Origin: a virus
Length of the DNA: 64,000 nucleotides
Virus genome (UHGV): UHGV-1353844
Direction: 5' to 3' (one strand)
This document shows positions 46,124-56,322 of the stretch, piece by piece (within the stretch, counting starts at the first letter, position 1; every line of letters begins with the position of its first letter). The notes beneath the pieces are model-generated. The model searched no databases, had not been told where the DNA came from, and saw nothing but the letters and a program-made list of their open reading frames with translations. Made by a program: the position numbers and the translations under genes.

Positions 46124-46333
46124 ATGGCTATTAAAGAATTCTCTTCTGCTGAACACATTCCTGAAGAGTTCAAGAAAATTGGTAACGTAAGCGCTTTCGG
46201 TGATACCGTAGACGACGTTACTGCTAAGCTGGCTGTCGAAGCTGAAAAGATCGGCGGTGAAGCGTTTAAAGTTATCGGTATTTCCGGTAACAACAAACTG
46301 CACGGTAACGCGATTGTCTACAAAAAAGACTAA
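46124..46333 (+). CDS. BhsA/YcfR-like DUF1471 domain protein (69 aa) lacking a signal peptide
   Basis: GNVSAFGDTVDDVTAKLAVEAEKIGGEAFKVIGISGNNKLHGNAIVYK aligns with recalled mature BhsA (GTISANAGTNLGSLEEQLAQKADEMGAKSFRITSVTGPNTLHGTAVIYK). GGAGA RBS; no upstream in-frame start. Confidence 0.6.
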   Translation: MAIKEFSSAEHIPEEFKKIGNVSAFGDTVDDVTAKLAVEAEKIGGEAFKVIGISGNNKLHGNAIVYKKD

Positions 46334-46350
46334 GTGAAAAAAACGTGCTA

Positions 46351-46375
46351 CTCCTACCCTCTTAGAGGGTAGGAG
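46351..46375. terminator. Bidirectional terminator (CTCCTACCCTC-TTAG-AGGGTAGGAG) flanked by A-tract and T7 tract
   Basis: Between convergent genes 46333 (+) and 46381 (-); coordinates approximate. Confidence 0.6.
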
Positions 46376-46380
46376 GTTAC

Positions 46381-47859
46381 TTATTTTTTTCTTGCACGGA
46401 AACGATGCATTTCCAAATAGACTTTTTCCCAGGGACCGAAAGGTCCTACGATTGCCTGTGCATCGTTAATTTTCTTCTGGTTATACCAACGGGCCTCACG
46501 GAACACGTAGTTTTGACTGTCGAATTCCGTGGTGTTAAATACCCATTCCCCTTCTTCCCACGTCGGCCAATAAGCAACGGTTTTACCGAAGCGGTTTAAC
46601 AGATAGCCCAGCTGTTTTTCCCCATCAGGGTCATTAGGATCTTTAAGGTATAAACGTCCCCAGATAGCGTTGTGAGAAACCCCCACAACTTCTTCTTCCA
46701 GATACGGATTATCCACCGTAAAGATAAACGACGACTCGTGGGTTAAAAGCGCCTTTAATGTTTCTGGGTTGCGGATACGCTGTACGCTGGTCGGGGATGA
46801 CAGATCGCCAACACCGATGCTATCCCAGTCGTAATAACGTCGGGTTTCTAACACAGTACGCGCAACGTCAAAGTTCGGTAACGAGACCATAATGGCTTTG
46901 TCGGAGAAGTACCCAGTAACCGGTAACCAGTGTATCAGACCCCCGATAACAAACCCCACGGTTTTACCCGTAATAGATTCCGGTAAAGAAATCATTAACG
47001 TGGAATAATAGTCACGGGTGGTGTCGAGTTTGTTTAGGGTCAAGTTAGCAATGGGGTACGTTTTAACATTCCCCAATTTACTAAAGACCATGCAGCCGAT
47101 ATCCGGTGTCCCTGCACGACGTACTATCTTACCCGCGCCCGGTAAACGTACACCAACTGTATCCGACTGATGTGGTACCCATTGACCGTTGATGTTGTAC
47201 AACACCCCGTTACGGTATTTGTCTTTCCATTTATCTTCGCAAACAATCACAACGTCGTCAGCATCGTCTATACTGAAATCTTGACTGTAATGGTAACCGG
47301 GAGGACACAGGTAGGTTTCTACTGGAACATCGGCATTAATCGATTGGTAGTGTGCCCAATCAAACTCTAACGTCGGTAAACCGTCTTTCAACGCAGAGAT
47401 AACCACACCGGCTTTTTCATTCAGCCAGTCTTGTAACGTATCGGTACGGTTTTGTAAGTCAGCGAGGTGATATTGGCTAATTAACGTATAGTCTTTACCA
47501 AGCGCACTCAGACCGACTTCGAAAATATGGTAATCAGAACACAAGGTTTCTAAGGGTTGCGTGACGTCGATGGCTCCCCAGGTACGGGTCTCTCGAGAGA
47601 AGCCAAAAGCGCTGTCAGGCCGCACTTGATAAGCAGTAGTCACAGCTCTTTTCCTCAATAGATTCAAGTCATAGTATGAACTCGACGCCCACGGACTATA
47701 GGAGTAGATAATGGCTGTCGTCCTAGACCCACACTTCAAAGAACCGGGGAATAAAATAACCGGTGAAGCGGTCGCCGTCATTGGTACGAAGTACCGAATG
47801 TTGGTACCTGCCCACGCCCCTTTTTTCACCACATCCCTGGTGGTCAAGAGCGGCGGCAA
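46381..47859 (-). CDS. Hypothetical protein (up to 492 aa) on the minus strand at the head of the tail-fibre block; start uncertain (track start is TTG; first ATG at 47781 has no clear RBS)
   Basis: Long ORF filling 46381-47710 where no + strand ORF exists; 5' end overlaps the divergent start of the 1440-aa gene. Confidence 0.45.
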   Translation of the reverse strand: MPPLLTTRDVVKKGAWAGTNIRYFVPMTATASPVILFPGSLKCGSRTTAIIYSYSPWASSSYYDLNLLRKRAVTTAYQVRPDSAFGFSRETRTWGAIDVTQPLETLCSDYHIFEVGLSALGKDYTLISQYHLADLQNRTDTLQDWLNEKAGVVISALKDGLPTLEFDWAHYQSINADVPVETYLCPPGYHYSQDFSIDDADDVVIVCEDKWKDKYRNGVLYNINGQWVPHQSDTVGVRLPGAGKIVRRAGTPDIGCMVFSKLGNVKTYPIANLTLNKLDTTRDYYSTLMISLPESITGKTVGFVIGGLIHWLPVTGYFSDKAIMVSLPNFDVARTVLETRRYYDWDSIGVGDLSSPTSVQRIRNPETLKALLTHESSFIFTVDNPYLEEEVVGVSHNAIWGRLYLKDPNDPDGEKQLGYLLNRFGKTVAYWPTWEEGEWVFNTTEFDSQNYVFREARWYNQKKINDAQAIVGPFGPWEKVYLEMHRFRARKK

Positions 47860-50800
47860 AATACTGACCTTAGGCGACGATTACGTTATTACACACCCGT
47901 ACGAGACCGGTATGTTGCGCACAGCCTATCTCGTGCACGGGATGATTTGGATTGTTAATGACAAATACAAATCGAATTTCACGGTAGATTACCACGCCGT
48001 AGGTTGTGGTGAAGCGACCCAAGAACAGATTACCGCAGAACGCGAACTCAATAAAGATAAATACCCGTCTGCGTGTCAATGGGATACCGTTATCGGCGAA
48101 GTTTACTTTCCACCGGTCGATATTCAGTTCGACTGGGAAAACTGGAAAGGTGAACTGGAATTAATGCAGGCCATTGCAGGCTTAGGTGATTCGTTAGGTA
48201 ACGTGGTGAATCGGGTAGACCCGATTGCACGTAACACGTTAGATATCGAGCATCGTGCTAATGGTACGGTTATCACGTCTGAACAGTACGCAACGTACGA
48301 CAACAAAGGTGGGTATACTTACAATACCGCTAAACGCCGTTTCTCCGTTACGTACAAAACCACCACGTTAAATGAATATTCCCTGTCGATGAAATACCGT
48401 ATTCCGGCTATTTTTCCGAATATGGGGAGTATTAATCCGAACGAACAAATCGATTGGATGTTGTGCTACGCGAACGGTGGCGCAAGTATCCTTCGTCTCC
48501 AATTAAAACAACGTAAAATCAGCCTACGACTGACAGTTGCGTTAGGCAGTGGTTCGACCGATTATGATTATACGTTAATCAACGGTTTGACCGACGATGA
48601 ATTAAAAGGCGAATTAACGTTTAGCGTTGTTCGTCAACCGGGTAACGGTGTATACGTTATCGAGGTGACGACTAACAAACAGTCCATGGACTACACCTTT
48701 AACGTTGACACACCGCCAGACGAATTCTCAGCAGGTTACACCAAAACGGATGTTGCGAAGTGGCTGAAGTACAAAACCAACGTTAACTTAAACTGGTGGG
48801 CGGCTGAGAACGATTATGCTCAATTCCTTGCGTTACCTGGTGCGCCAGAAGCAGACGTAAGTAACGACGTTTATCAGTTAATCGTTAAGTACCATCAGTT
48901 AGTAGAACAGCTCTATCGCAACGCGCCTGCGCACGAACACGTCACCCGTAAGGATAACCCACACGCTGACACCTGGGGTCCGATTCGTGCGTTAGAATTA
49001 AACGGCATTGCATCCGACGCAGCATTAGCCTACGGGAAAACTAAGGAGCAATTAACCGATTACGTAAACGCTAAGTACCCAACGCAGGCAACGTTAACCG
49101 CCCAGAAAAAACTGCTTCGTGAATCAGCGAGCAAGAACGTTAACGGCACGATTACAACGCTCCCCGGCTTTACGTCATTTACTACTGAAGTCGACCCAGT
49201 GTCGATGTCGAAGTACGTGAGTCCTTATTTTAGTGAAAGCTATGTTAGTAGTGGCCACAGATATCACGGTGCGCTTCGTTATACAGGAACGAAAAGCGGT
49301 TTCAGTGCTAACTTTAATGCGGTACCTGCCAACCTGCAAGATATTGACTTTATTGTTACCGGACGTAAAACAGCGTCTGGTAATGAAGCGGTCGGTAGGG
49401 TTGGTTTTCGTTTCTACGAAAATCCCGGTAGTAACTCCGGTAAGTACGTAGAGATTACCGGTGAAGTCTGGTCCGGTACTCTTACTATCGAACTGGCGTT
49501 GCACGGTTACGGTAGTCCTGTACCGGCAGTTCGGTATATTTCGCAAGCTCCTAATCCGGCAATACCGGATGGGGATTTTACGCTACGTTTTCAACTGAAG
49601 CGTACAGGGAATGTGTTTGACGTCGTTATTACCGTAAACAGTAAAACGTATAGCGGTCGGATTAACTTCAATAACATGGACGCTGCGTTAGAAGCATTAG
49701 AGAATCAGCACCACTTTAAATCGCTGATCAATAATGTTGCTGACGGCGTCAATATTAGTTCGCAAAACAAAGGTAACACGGTTACCATTAAGAAAGCACC
49801 TGGCGTTGTTGACGAGAGACGTTTAGGTGCTCAGTTTGTCGTTGATCCGAAATCCATTAAGTTCATCGGTCAAGGTTCTACTGACGTTAACGTGGGTAAC
49901 AACCCGGTAACGTTGCAAGCGGGAGATAACCAGCTTGTGCTATATCCTGATGACCGTGGATTACTGTGGCGCGGTAAGAAACTCTTAGACCCCACTACGG
50001 TAGCGCCGTATTTGCCGGGCAATACCGCAGGCGGTACGGGATTATTCTACGGTGCAACTACAGCTACAGTGGAACTTACGGGTAGCGGGATTAAAGCGTC
50101 GCCGTTTGTCGCAACGTTTATTCTTCCGGTTGCCGAAGACGTTACTACGTTAGCGTGTTGGCAGTTAACGGACGAATTCGGTACGGCTGAAAACCTCGCA
50201 GCAACCCCTGCGTTAATTGAAAAACTGGACGCAGAGTTTACCGGTAAGTTAGTTGCCGCCAAGTCGTACATCAACGACATGCAGCTTACCAGTTCGGTTA
50301 CTATCGACAAAATTACCTTTGGTTTAGGTAACGTTGCGAATACCCCGGACGTTGACTTACCGATTTCTGTTGCACAGCAGACCGAGCTGGACAAATACTC
50401 ACCGAAGGTTCACCAACACCCGTCTTCCGTATTCGGTGTTGCGAACGCAGACACCACGAAACGGGGCCTGATTAAATTCGGTCTGGAAGTGGATGATGCC
50501 ACTTTAGCGCTCGACGGTAGTGTGGTGATGGCGCAGACTTCCCAGATTGAAGATTTGGAGAATACCGTCGGCGGGGTTGACTCGGGTGCGCGCGTTGACA
50601 TTATTCGCTTTGGTAAGTCCGGTAACGACCTAATTGACGTTACGGTTAAAGACAAAATCCTAGTGACACTTCCTGCTTCCACGTATTTCGTTGGCGGCGA
50701 AACGTACGACGTGCCGTTGATGTCGGTTAACGTCACTGAACGTTTCCCGAATCTGAATAAGGAAATTTACGCAGGGATTTTTGTTGACATTGTCGATAAC

Positions 50801-52033
50801 AAAGCGAAGTACATTATTCACGACAGCTACAGTCAGGCTGAAACGGATACCATGACGCGCGTGGGTCTAATCGGTATTAACGACCTTTCTGAAGTGTTCG
50901 TTACTGAACTACGTAACGTGACACGGTTAGGCGATTTCCGTGAGCTGAAAGACCACGTCGCCAATGATAACGCACACATTCAGCGTTCTGCTTCACGTGC
51001 AGTGCTGGGGTTAAGCAATTTAACAGTAGGTGCGCCCTGCTGGGCTTCTGGACTTCAAGCGGTTGTGCGTGGCGAAGCAGACTGGCGTTATGTGGTTGGC
51101 GGTGGATATAAAGCACTCGATGGTGTGAAATACGACCAGCTTGCGTCGAAGTGGGTGTTTGATGCAAAAGGGGTAAGTGATAACGTTCACGGGTTTATCC
51201 ACAACCTGTTCCCGGTATTTAACAATGCGGGGATGCGAGTCAGTTGGGAAACCGAAAGCAACGCAAAAACCGGAACGGTGCTAGAAACCATCCTGGCTTG
51301 CTGGAAAAATACCGAAGACGAGTTTATGCGGTTGTCGTTACTTATCACCCGTGGTTATCGTTTAACCGACAGTAACGGTGAGTATTGTTACGCCGGGTTT
51401 GGTTTAAACTTCGGTAACGGGAAATCCGTGGTGTTAGGTTTCACGCCGACCAAACGCGTTACCCCAGCACCGTGGAGTACGTTACATCCTGACGTATCAT
51501 TTACCCACACGCGTGGTGCGAATAACGAATTAACGTTTAACGCAACGCTGACCTTAGCAGGTACTGTTTACACTATTGTGGTGTATTTGTCTGCGGCAGA
51601 TAAATACGTAAGCTGTACGGCGGCAGGTGGTACTACGCAGAAAATCTCGCTGACCGACCGTTTAACTGGGTTCAACCTCGCGCCTATCGTTAACGATCCG
51701 TACACCCCTATTTACTACGGTTTAGGGGGACTTTATGAGGACGAAGTGCGTGCTAATATCCGTTCTACGACAGACAGCATAACCGGGAACAAACTCTACG
51801 GTACGCTGTTGGATTATATCAGCAACTACTCCTCGTTAAATCGTGTACGCGTCATGGAATTGGCCGGGACAAGCTCAGACCCTGAAACGCTTAATGCGCT
51901 AGTGGCAACCGAGTTTAATAACAGCCTGGCGGATTACGCTGCGTTACCGATACCTCCTTATCTTAACAAGGAGCGCGTAATGTCGTTTATCGACACCAAC
52001 AATAAAGTGCAGGCGGTAATCATTCGCGATTAA
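47711..52033 (+). CDS. Tail fibre protein (1440 aa) with T7 gp17-like N-terminal attachment domain
   Basis: N-terminal pattern RMLVPAHAPFFTTSLVV...LGDDYVI shared with the three following genes and resembling recalled T7 gp17 (NIPFEYLARKFVVVTL...TDYRF); AGGAG RBS. Confidence 0.6.
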   Translation: MAVVLDPHFKEPGNKITGEAVAVIGTKYRMLVPAHAPFFTTSLVVKSGGKILTLGDDYVITHPYETGMLRTAYLVHGMIWIVNDKYKSNFTVDYHAVGCGEATQEQITAERELNKDKYPSACQWDTVIGEVYFPPVDIQFDWENWKGELELMQAIAGLGDSLGNVVNRVDPIARNTLDIEHRANGTVITSEQYATYDNKGGYTYNTAKRRFSVTYKTTTLNEYSLSMKYRIPAIFPNMGSINPNEQIDWMLCYANGGASILRLQLKQRKISLRLTVALGSGSTDYDYTLINGLTDDELKGELTFSVVRQPGNGVYVIEVTTNKQSMDYTFNVDTPPDEFSAGYTKTDVAKWLKYKTNVNLNWWAAENDYAQFLALPGAPEADVSNDVYQLIVKYHQLVEQLYRNAPAHEHVTRKDNPHADTWGPIRALELNGIASDAALAYGKTKEQLTDYVNAKYPTQATLTAQKKLLRESASKNVNGTITTLPGFTSFTTEVDPVSMSKYVSPYFSESYVSSGHRYHGALRYTGTKSGFSANFNAVPANLQDIDFIVTGRKTASGNEAVGRVGFRFYENPGSNSGKYVEITGEVWSGTLTIELALHGYGSPVPAVRYISQAPNPAIPDGDFTLRFQLKRTGNVFDVVITVNSKTYSGRINFNNMDAALEALENQHHFKSLINNVADGVNISSQNKGNTVTIKKAPGVVDERRLGAQFVVDPKSIKFIGQGSTDVNVGNNPVTLQAGDNQLVLYPDDRGLLWRGKKLLDPTTVAPYLPGNTAGGTGLFYGATTATVELTGSGIKASPFVATFILPVAEDVTTLACWQLTDEFGTAENLAATPALIEKLDAEFTGKLVAAKSYINDMQLTSSVTIDKITFGLGNVANTPDVDLPISVAQQTELDKYSPKVHQHPSSVFGVANADTTKRGLIKFGLEVDDATLALDGSVVMAQTSQIEDLENTVGGVDSGARVDIIRFGKSGNDLIDVTVKDKILVTLPASTYFVGGETYDVPLMSVNVTERFPNLNKEIYAGIFVDIVDNKAKYIIHDSYSQAETDTMTRVGLIGINDLSEVFVTELRNVTRLGDFRELKDHVANDNAHIQRSASRAVLGLSNLTVGAPCWASGLQAVVRGEADWRYVVGGGYKALDGVKYDQLASKWVFDAKGVSDNVHGFIHNLFPVFNNAGMRVSWETESNAKTGTVLETILACWKNTEDEFMRLSLLITRGYRLTDSNGEYCYAGFGLNFGNGKSVVLGFTPTKRVTPAPWSTLHPDVSFTHTRGANNELTFNATLTLAGTVYTIVVYLSAADKYVSCTAAGGTTQKISLTDRLTGFNLAPIVNDPYTPIYYGLGGLYEDEVRANIRSTTDSITGNKLYGTLLDYISNYSSLNRVRVMELAGTSSDPETLNALVATEFNNSLADYAALPIPPYLNKERVMSFIDTNNKVQAVIIRD

Positions 52034-52043
52034 GGAGAATTTT

Positions 52044-55000
52044 TTGATGAAAGCGTATCCTTACGATCCTCGGGGGACGAAAACCGAGAATCACTTCTTA
52101 GAGGAGCGTATCATCGGGTCAGAAAACAACAACGACCGGGTGGTGATTTTAGACCATCGCCCGTTCTTTGAAGACTTAGTCGTCAGACAACCAGGTTCAA
52201 CCACCCCACTGAGCCGTGGGGTGGATTACGAACTGCAATATCAGCTGACGGAACTGGATGACTCGGTAGCAGCCAACGTGTATTGTGGGGTACACCTTAT
52301 CAACCCATCCATCAAAGGCATTGTAACCTTTGAAGGGCAAATGCTCGGCGGTACGTTCTACGACCCGTTCGTTGACATGCTCGACGAGCTGGTGAAATAT
52401 TTGAATAACCCGGTCAGTGCAGACTGGCTGTTGTTAGACGGTAGACCGTCGTTATACCCGGCTACGCCAGCGGCAACGTCCTGGGCGGACTTGCTGAACA
52501 AAAAATATTTAGCGTCAGCGATTCACGATATCGAGCTGAAAACCGATGATGCTAACCAGCTAATTAAAGATAAATTAGCCGAAGTTAAAGCGCTAGTGGC
52601 TGCGTTGGGGAAAGAAATCGAAGCGTTTAACTACCCAGCACATATCGCCGCGACGAACCCGCACGAAACCACGAGCGCACAAATTAATGCCCATCCCGTT
52701 AACCTGAAAACACCTGACACCTTTATGGCGTACGGGTTAAAATTAAAAGCGTTAACGGAAGAACTGAAAGCGTTTCGTTTACCACAGTCAGTTATTGACA
52801 CGTATATCTCCCACTGGATTTCTTCGGAAGTACGGGGCGTGTTTAACTGTACGGTGTCTGGAAACCGCGCACAGTTCCGTTCGAAAAATGGTGAGTCCGA
52901 AATCATTTTTGCGAATGATGGCTTTACGTTAAAATCCAACGGTTCTGTGGTATTGGCGGTAGGGCATCTGGAAGGCACAGGTGCGGGACGTTACATTAAC
53001 TGGCGTGCGGGTAAAAACACCTTACGTATCGAGTCAACCGGTGACGCTTTAGGGATGAACAAACTCACTCTGAACGGTAACCCGTTGTTGACCACCACAG
53101 CGCTGATGGAGTATCAGCAAGACCCTGATGCTGGCGGGAGTGGCGGTAGCGATCCTGATGACTCCAAAGTGTATATCGAAGGCCGTAACGGGATTAGTTT
53201 TACCGGTAAAGGTTCTCGTGCCGATCCTATCGTGGGGACTATCGACCCGACGAAAGCGACCACCGCTGAAAAAGGTGTTGTTAAACTTAAAACCGGTAAA
53301 GGCACAGAAACGGTTGGGGTTGCTGCAACCCCTGCGTCATTAACGCCGTATTCAACCGACTTATCAGGGTACGTGACTAAAACGACCATGATTAACGGTA
53401 AACCGATGAACGACGGTTCCAGGACAATCACAAAAGCTGACCTGGGATTAGGGCAAGCGGATAACACCGCAGACCTCGACAAACCGTTGTCAACCGCACT
53501 GAATGCTTCGGTTAGTGGTTTAGCAGACGTCGGACACCATCACGACTGGTCAGAGTTAGGCATTTATAAAGCCTCGCAGTCGATTTACGGCATCGGTCGT
53601 TACGCAACTAACCAGAACGGCTTAGTTGAAAACCGTGCGGTGGTACCGAACATCTTAAAAGAGCTTTCAGCCCGTTTAGATGTGGTGGCTGCTGCAATTG
53701 CAAACGCGAAAGAAGGCACGGTAACTGATTTTGCTGCTGTGAAAGGTGCAGACTGGCGCTTTAATAGCCAGGGTACGTCAATCTCCGTTCAGGATTTGAA
53801 ATATTTCTATTTGCTGGACGGGACGAAAGGCGACAGCACCGTTACTGGTGCGATTGACCTGCAAACCACCCCGATGTTTAACTGGTTCTCACCGAATAAC
53901 CAGCTTGAACTGACCTGGCCTACGGGTAAGGTGAGTAACGGTACGGGAATCAACTGGACGGGTATTGAAGAACCGCCGTTGATGGGGTTCCAGTCTGTCC
54001 CGGTAGGTAAAACTGCTACACAGATGGGTGACCAGTCAGTCGTTACGGTTCTGGCAAAAACGCGTGTAAGGGCGTACCAATCGAAGCTCTGGGTTTATGC
54101 CGCAGGGGGCGGACCGGTAACCGTTTATATCAACGGTAACCTAGCAGCTTCAGGCGAATCTCCACTCGTTGCAGTGTATGAAACGTCAGCAGACGTTGAA
54201 AACTACACGATTGCGGTTAAAGCTGAATGTAGTGACACGGCTAAGTCCGCAGCGGTACAGTTTGAAGTTTACGATGGGGATTACCCTGTTTACTTCAGTG
54301 GCCCTGAAACGCGCGTAGAGCTTCTCCAGGAGTTTGTTACCACGCACGTAGGGATTCGTCACTATCTGTACGTTAACATGCTCACAGGCTCTCTGTATTC
54401 GCGTGCTGAACCGATTCAGAGCATCGCAGTTGATCCTGAACGTGGTTATATCGGTTACGTTGATATTGTTGCTGGTGAGAATTACGCGAATAAAACGGTA
54501 GGGTTCGAAACCACGTTTGATTTCGGGAAAAGTGCCGAGGTTAGTGAACACATCGACACGCGTAAAGCACACGGACTCAGTTCTGTGGACTGGGCGTTAA
54601 CGGATAACCCACGTTTGCCGTTATTAAACCGTGCTATTGCCGAACCAAGAGCGTGTATCTTTAGGAAAGCGTTAACAGCCGGAACAGGTGATGTTTTCCA
54701 TCTTGTCAGTCGCGGTCTTTATACTTACGCACACAACCAAAACGTGAAGTCCAGTCTTCAGTACGTTGTGATGCCTGAAGGTGCTACACCGTATTGCTGG
54801 TTTACACCGTTTAACCCGAAAGAAAACAACGCACCGACGTTCGAAGGTTCGTTTGCATTCGATGTTGACGACGTCGGTGGAACACAAGCACTTACTGCCG
54901 CACCAGATTTGGTGCTATGTACGTCAACGCAAGGGGCGAGTGTTAAACGTCGTTATGTACGTATTGACCTGACGGACAAAGCGTGTAAGTTGGGGATTGG

Positions 55001-56228
55001 TTCCCGTTCAGTTTCAGACGTTACTGACATTCCGTTGGTAATGGAAGAGTCTGGGGAAACAGCGGTGAATGCAACGTTTAAGGACGTGTTGTTCAACGGT
55101 GAAGAAACCAACCCCGCGATTCTCGATTTGATTGGCTGGGGTGCCACCCGAGATAAAATCTCTGCAAACCATGCACCTCGTGGGATGATTCGTTACCGTT
55201 ATAACGTAAGTACGCGTGTGTTACGTTTAGCGTTGTCGTTCTCGCAGTTTGGGACGACGACAGTTAAACAACGTCAATTGGAGATTCAATTCCCGTTTGA
55301 CTTGGTGGATTATTTCACCGGTGACGGAATAGGGTTGTCGTTTAAAGAACTGAGCGCGAAATGCCGAGTAACAATTAGCCACGCACTGATTGATCCGGTT
55401 ACGAACAACATCGACATTGATAAGTATCATTACTTACGTTCGTTGTTTGAGTCGTATTTGGATTCATCCGTTGGGTATTTGGCTGATAACAAAGACGCTG
55501 ATTATAGTCAGTCTGTGATTGACCCTGCGACTTATGAGATTAGTCAAAAATACCGTGCCACGGAGAGCATTGCCTTGCCAACTGGTCAGGGAAACGTTGC
55601 GGTTTCTCACGATGGGCAGTTACCTGCGCAGTTCTTTGATCGTAAGCTGTCTCGCGGTGCGCTGATGGCGAAGAAAAACGAACTGCATACTTCCTGGAAC
55701 AACGAGTGGAGTACGACTAAGGCTGCTGCAAGTCGTTATCGTCACAAACTCATTCTCCGTTTTGCACAAGGTGCCGATAAACAACAGTACCGAATTGCAA
55801 AAGTGTCAGGAACGATAAAAAGTAACTGGCCAGGTAAGGTGATTATCGGCGACGCAGGGAAAGACCCATTCTTAGCGTCTACTGATAGCGCAGAGTTTGC
55901 TCTGTCAACCAGTGCTGACGTAGGTAAAGCGATTAGTATCACGGCCACCGACTTACGTGTAGGTCAGGACATCTATATTGTCTTAGACCCGCCGGGTGAT
56001 AATCCCGAAGGTTACGAGCTTAACTTTACCTGTTCGTTAGACGTGACTGATGAGCAAAGCACTCGTCAGGATCAGCTTAATGCGCAGAGCTTCGAACTGC
56101 GTAGCGGTGAAAAGCAGTTCTTAATGGAGAAACGCAATCCGTACCATATCACGAGTAAAGCGTGGAAATGGATACTTTCTGTACTGAAACGTGAACTTAA
56201 CGGGAAGCAGTTAGGGGATCGTACTTAG
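52044..56228 (+). CDS. Tail fibre protein (1394 aa; probable ATG start at 52047) with T7 gp17-like N-terminal domain
   Basis: RVVILDHRPFFEDLVV...RGVDYEL; TAAGGAG RBS; fibre-like TKATTAEKGVVKLKTG and HHH motifs. Confidence 0.6.
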   Translation: MMKAYPYDPRGTKTENHFLEERIIGSENNNDRVVILDHRPFFEDLVVRQPGSTTPLSRGVDYELQYQLTELDDSVAANVYCGVHLINPSIKGIVTFEGQMLGGTFYDPFVDMLDELVKYLNNPVSADWLLLDGRPSLYPATPAATSWADLLNKKYLASAIHDIELKTDDANQLIKDKLAEVKALVAALGKEIEAFNYPAHIAATNPHETTSAQINAHPVNLKTPDTFMAYGLKLKALTEELKAFRLPQSVIDTYISHWISSEVRGVFNCTVSGNRAQFRSKNGESEIIFANDGFTLKSNGSVVLAVGHLEGTGAGRYINWRAGKNTLRIESTGDALGMNKLTLNGNPLLTTTALMEYQQDPDAGGSGGSDPDDSKVYIEGRNGISFTGKGSRADPIVGTIDPTKATTAEKGVVKLKTGKGTETVGVAATPASLTPYSTDLSGYVTKTTMINGKPMNDGSRTITKADLGLGQADNTADLDKPLSTALNASVSGLADVGHHHDWSELGIYKASQSIYGIGRYATNQNGLVENRAVVPNILKELSARLDVVAAAIANAKEGTVTDFAAVKGADWRFNSQGTSISVQDLKYFYLLDGTKGDSTVTGAIDLQTTPMFNWFSPNNQLELTWPTGKVSNGTGINWTGIEEPPLMGFQSVPVGKTATQMGDQSVVTVLAKTRVRAYQSKLWVYAAGGGPVTVYINGNLAASGESPLVAVYETSADVENYTIAVKAECSDTAKSAAVQFEVYDGDYPVYFSGPETRVELLQEFVTTHVGIRHYLYVNMLTGSLYSRAEPIQSIAVDPERGYIGYVDIVAGENYANKTVGFETTFDFGKSAEVSEHIDTRKAHGLSSVDWALTDNPRLPLLNRAIAEPRACIFRKALTAGTGDVFHLVSRGLYTYAHNQNVKSSLQYVVMPEGATPYCWFTPFNPKENNAPTFEGSFAFDVDDVGGTQALTAAPDLVLCTSTQGASVKRRYVRIDLTDKACKLGIGSRSVSDVTDIPLVMEESGETAVNATFKDVLFNGEETNPAILDLIGWGATRDKISANHAPRGMIRYRYNVSTRVLRLALSFSQFGTTTVKQRQLEIQFPFDLVDYFTGDGIGLSFKELSAKCRVTISHALIDPVTNNIDIDKYHYLRSLFESYLDSSVGYLADNKDADYSQSVIDPATYEISQKYRATESIALPTGQGNVAVSHDGQLPAQFFDRKLSRGALMAKKNELHTSWNNEWSTTKAAASRYRHKLILRFAQGADKQQYRIAKVSGTIKSNWPGKVIIGDAGKDPFLASTDSAEFALSTSADVGKAISITATDLRVGQDIYIVLDPPGDNPEGYELNFTCSLDVTDEQSTRQDQLNAQSFELRSGEKQFLMEKRNPYHITSKAWKWILSVLKRELNGKQLGDRT

Positions 56229-56267
56229 GACAGGCTGCCTGCGGGCAGTTGTGTGTCCGTAGGTAAC

Positions 56268-56290
56268 CCCTCCCTGTAATGGGGAGGGGT
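56268..56290 (+). terminator. Terminator hairpin (CCCCTCCC-loop-GGGGAGGGG) followed by T-rich tract
   Basis: After stop of 1394-aa gene; coordinates approximate. Confidence 0.5.
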
Positions 56291-56322
56291 ATCCATTTTA
56301 TTTAAAAGTAGGAGTCTTTACG

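Noticed and set aside
48170-48200. GDSL-like motif (AIAGLGDSLGN) in the 1440-aa fibre, suggesting an SGNH esterase domain
   Set aside because: I could not find the other SGNH blocks (Gly, GxND, DxxH) in register; a single short motif is insufficient.
48549-54515. tRNA-like GGTTCGA(A/C)C motifs (about 48553 and about 54505)
   Set aside because: Both lie inside the large fibre CDSs and lack surrounding cloverleaf-compatible sequence; no tRNA gene is supported anywhere in the window.
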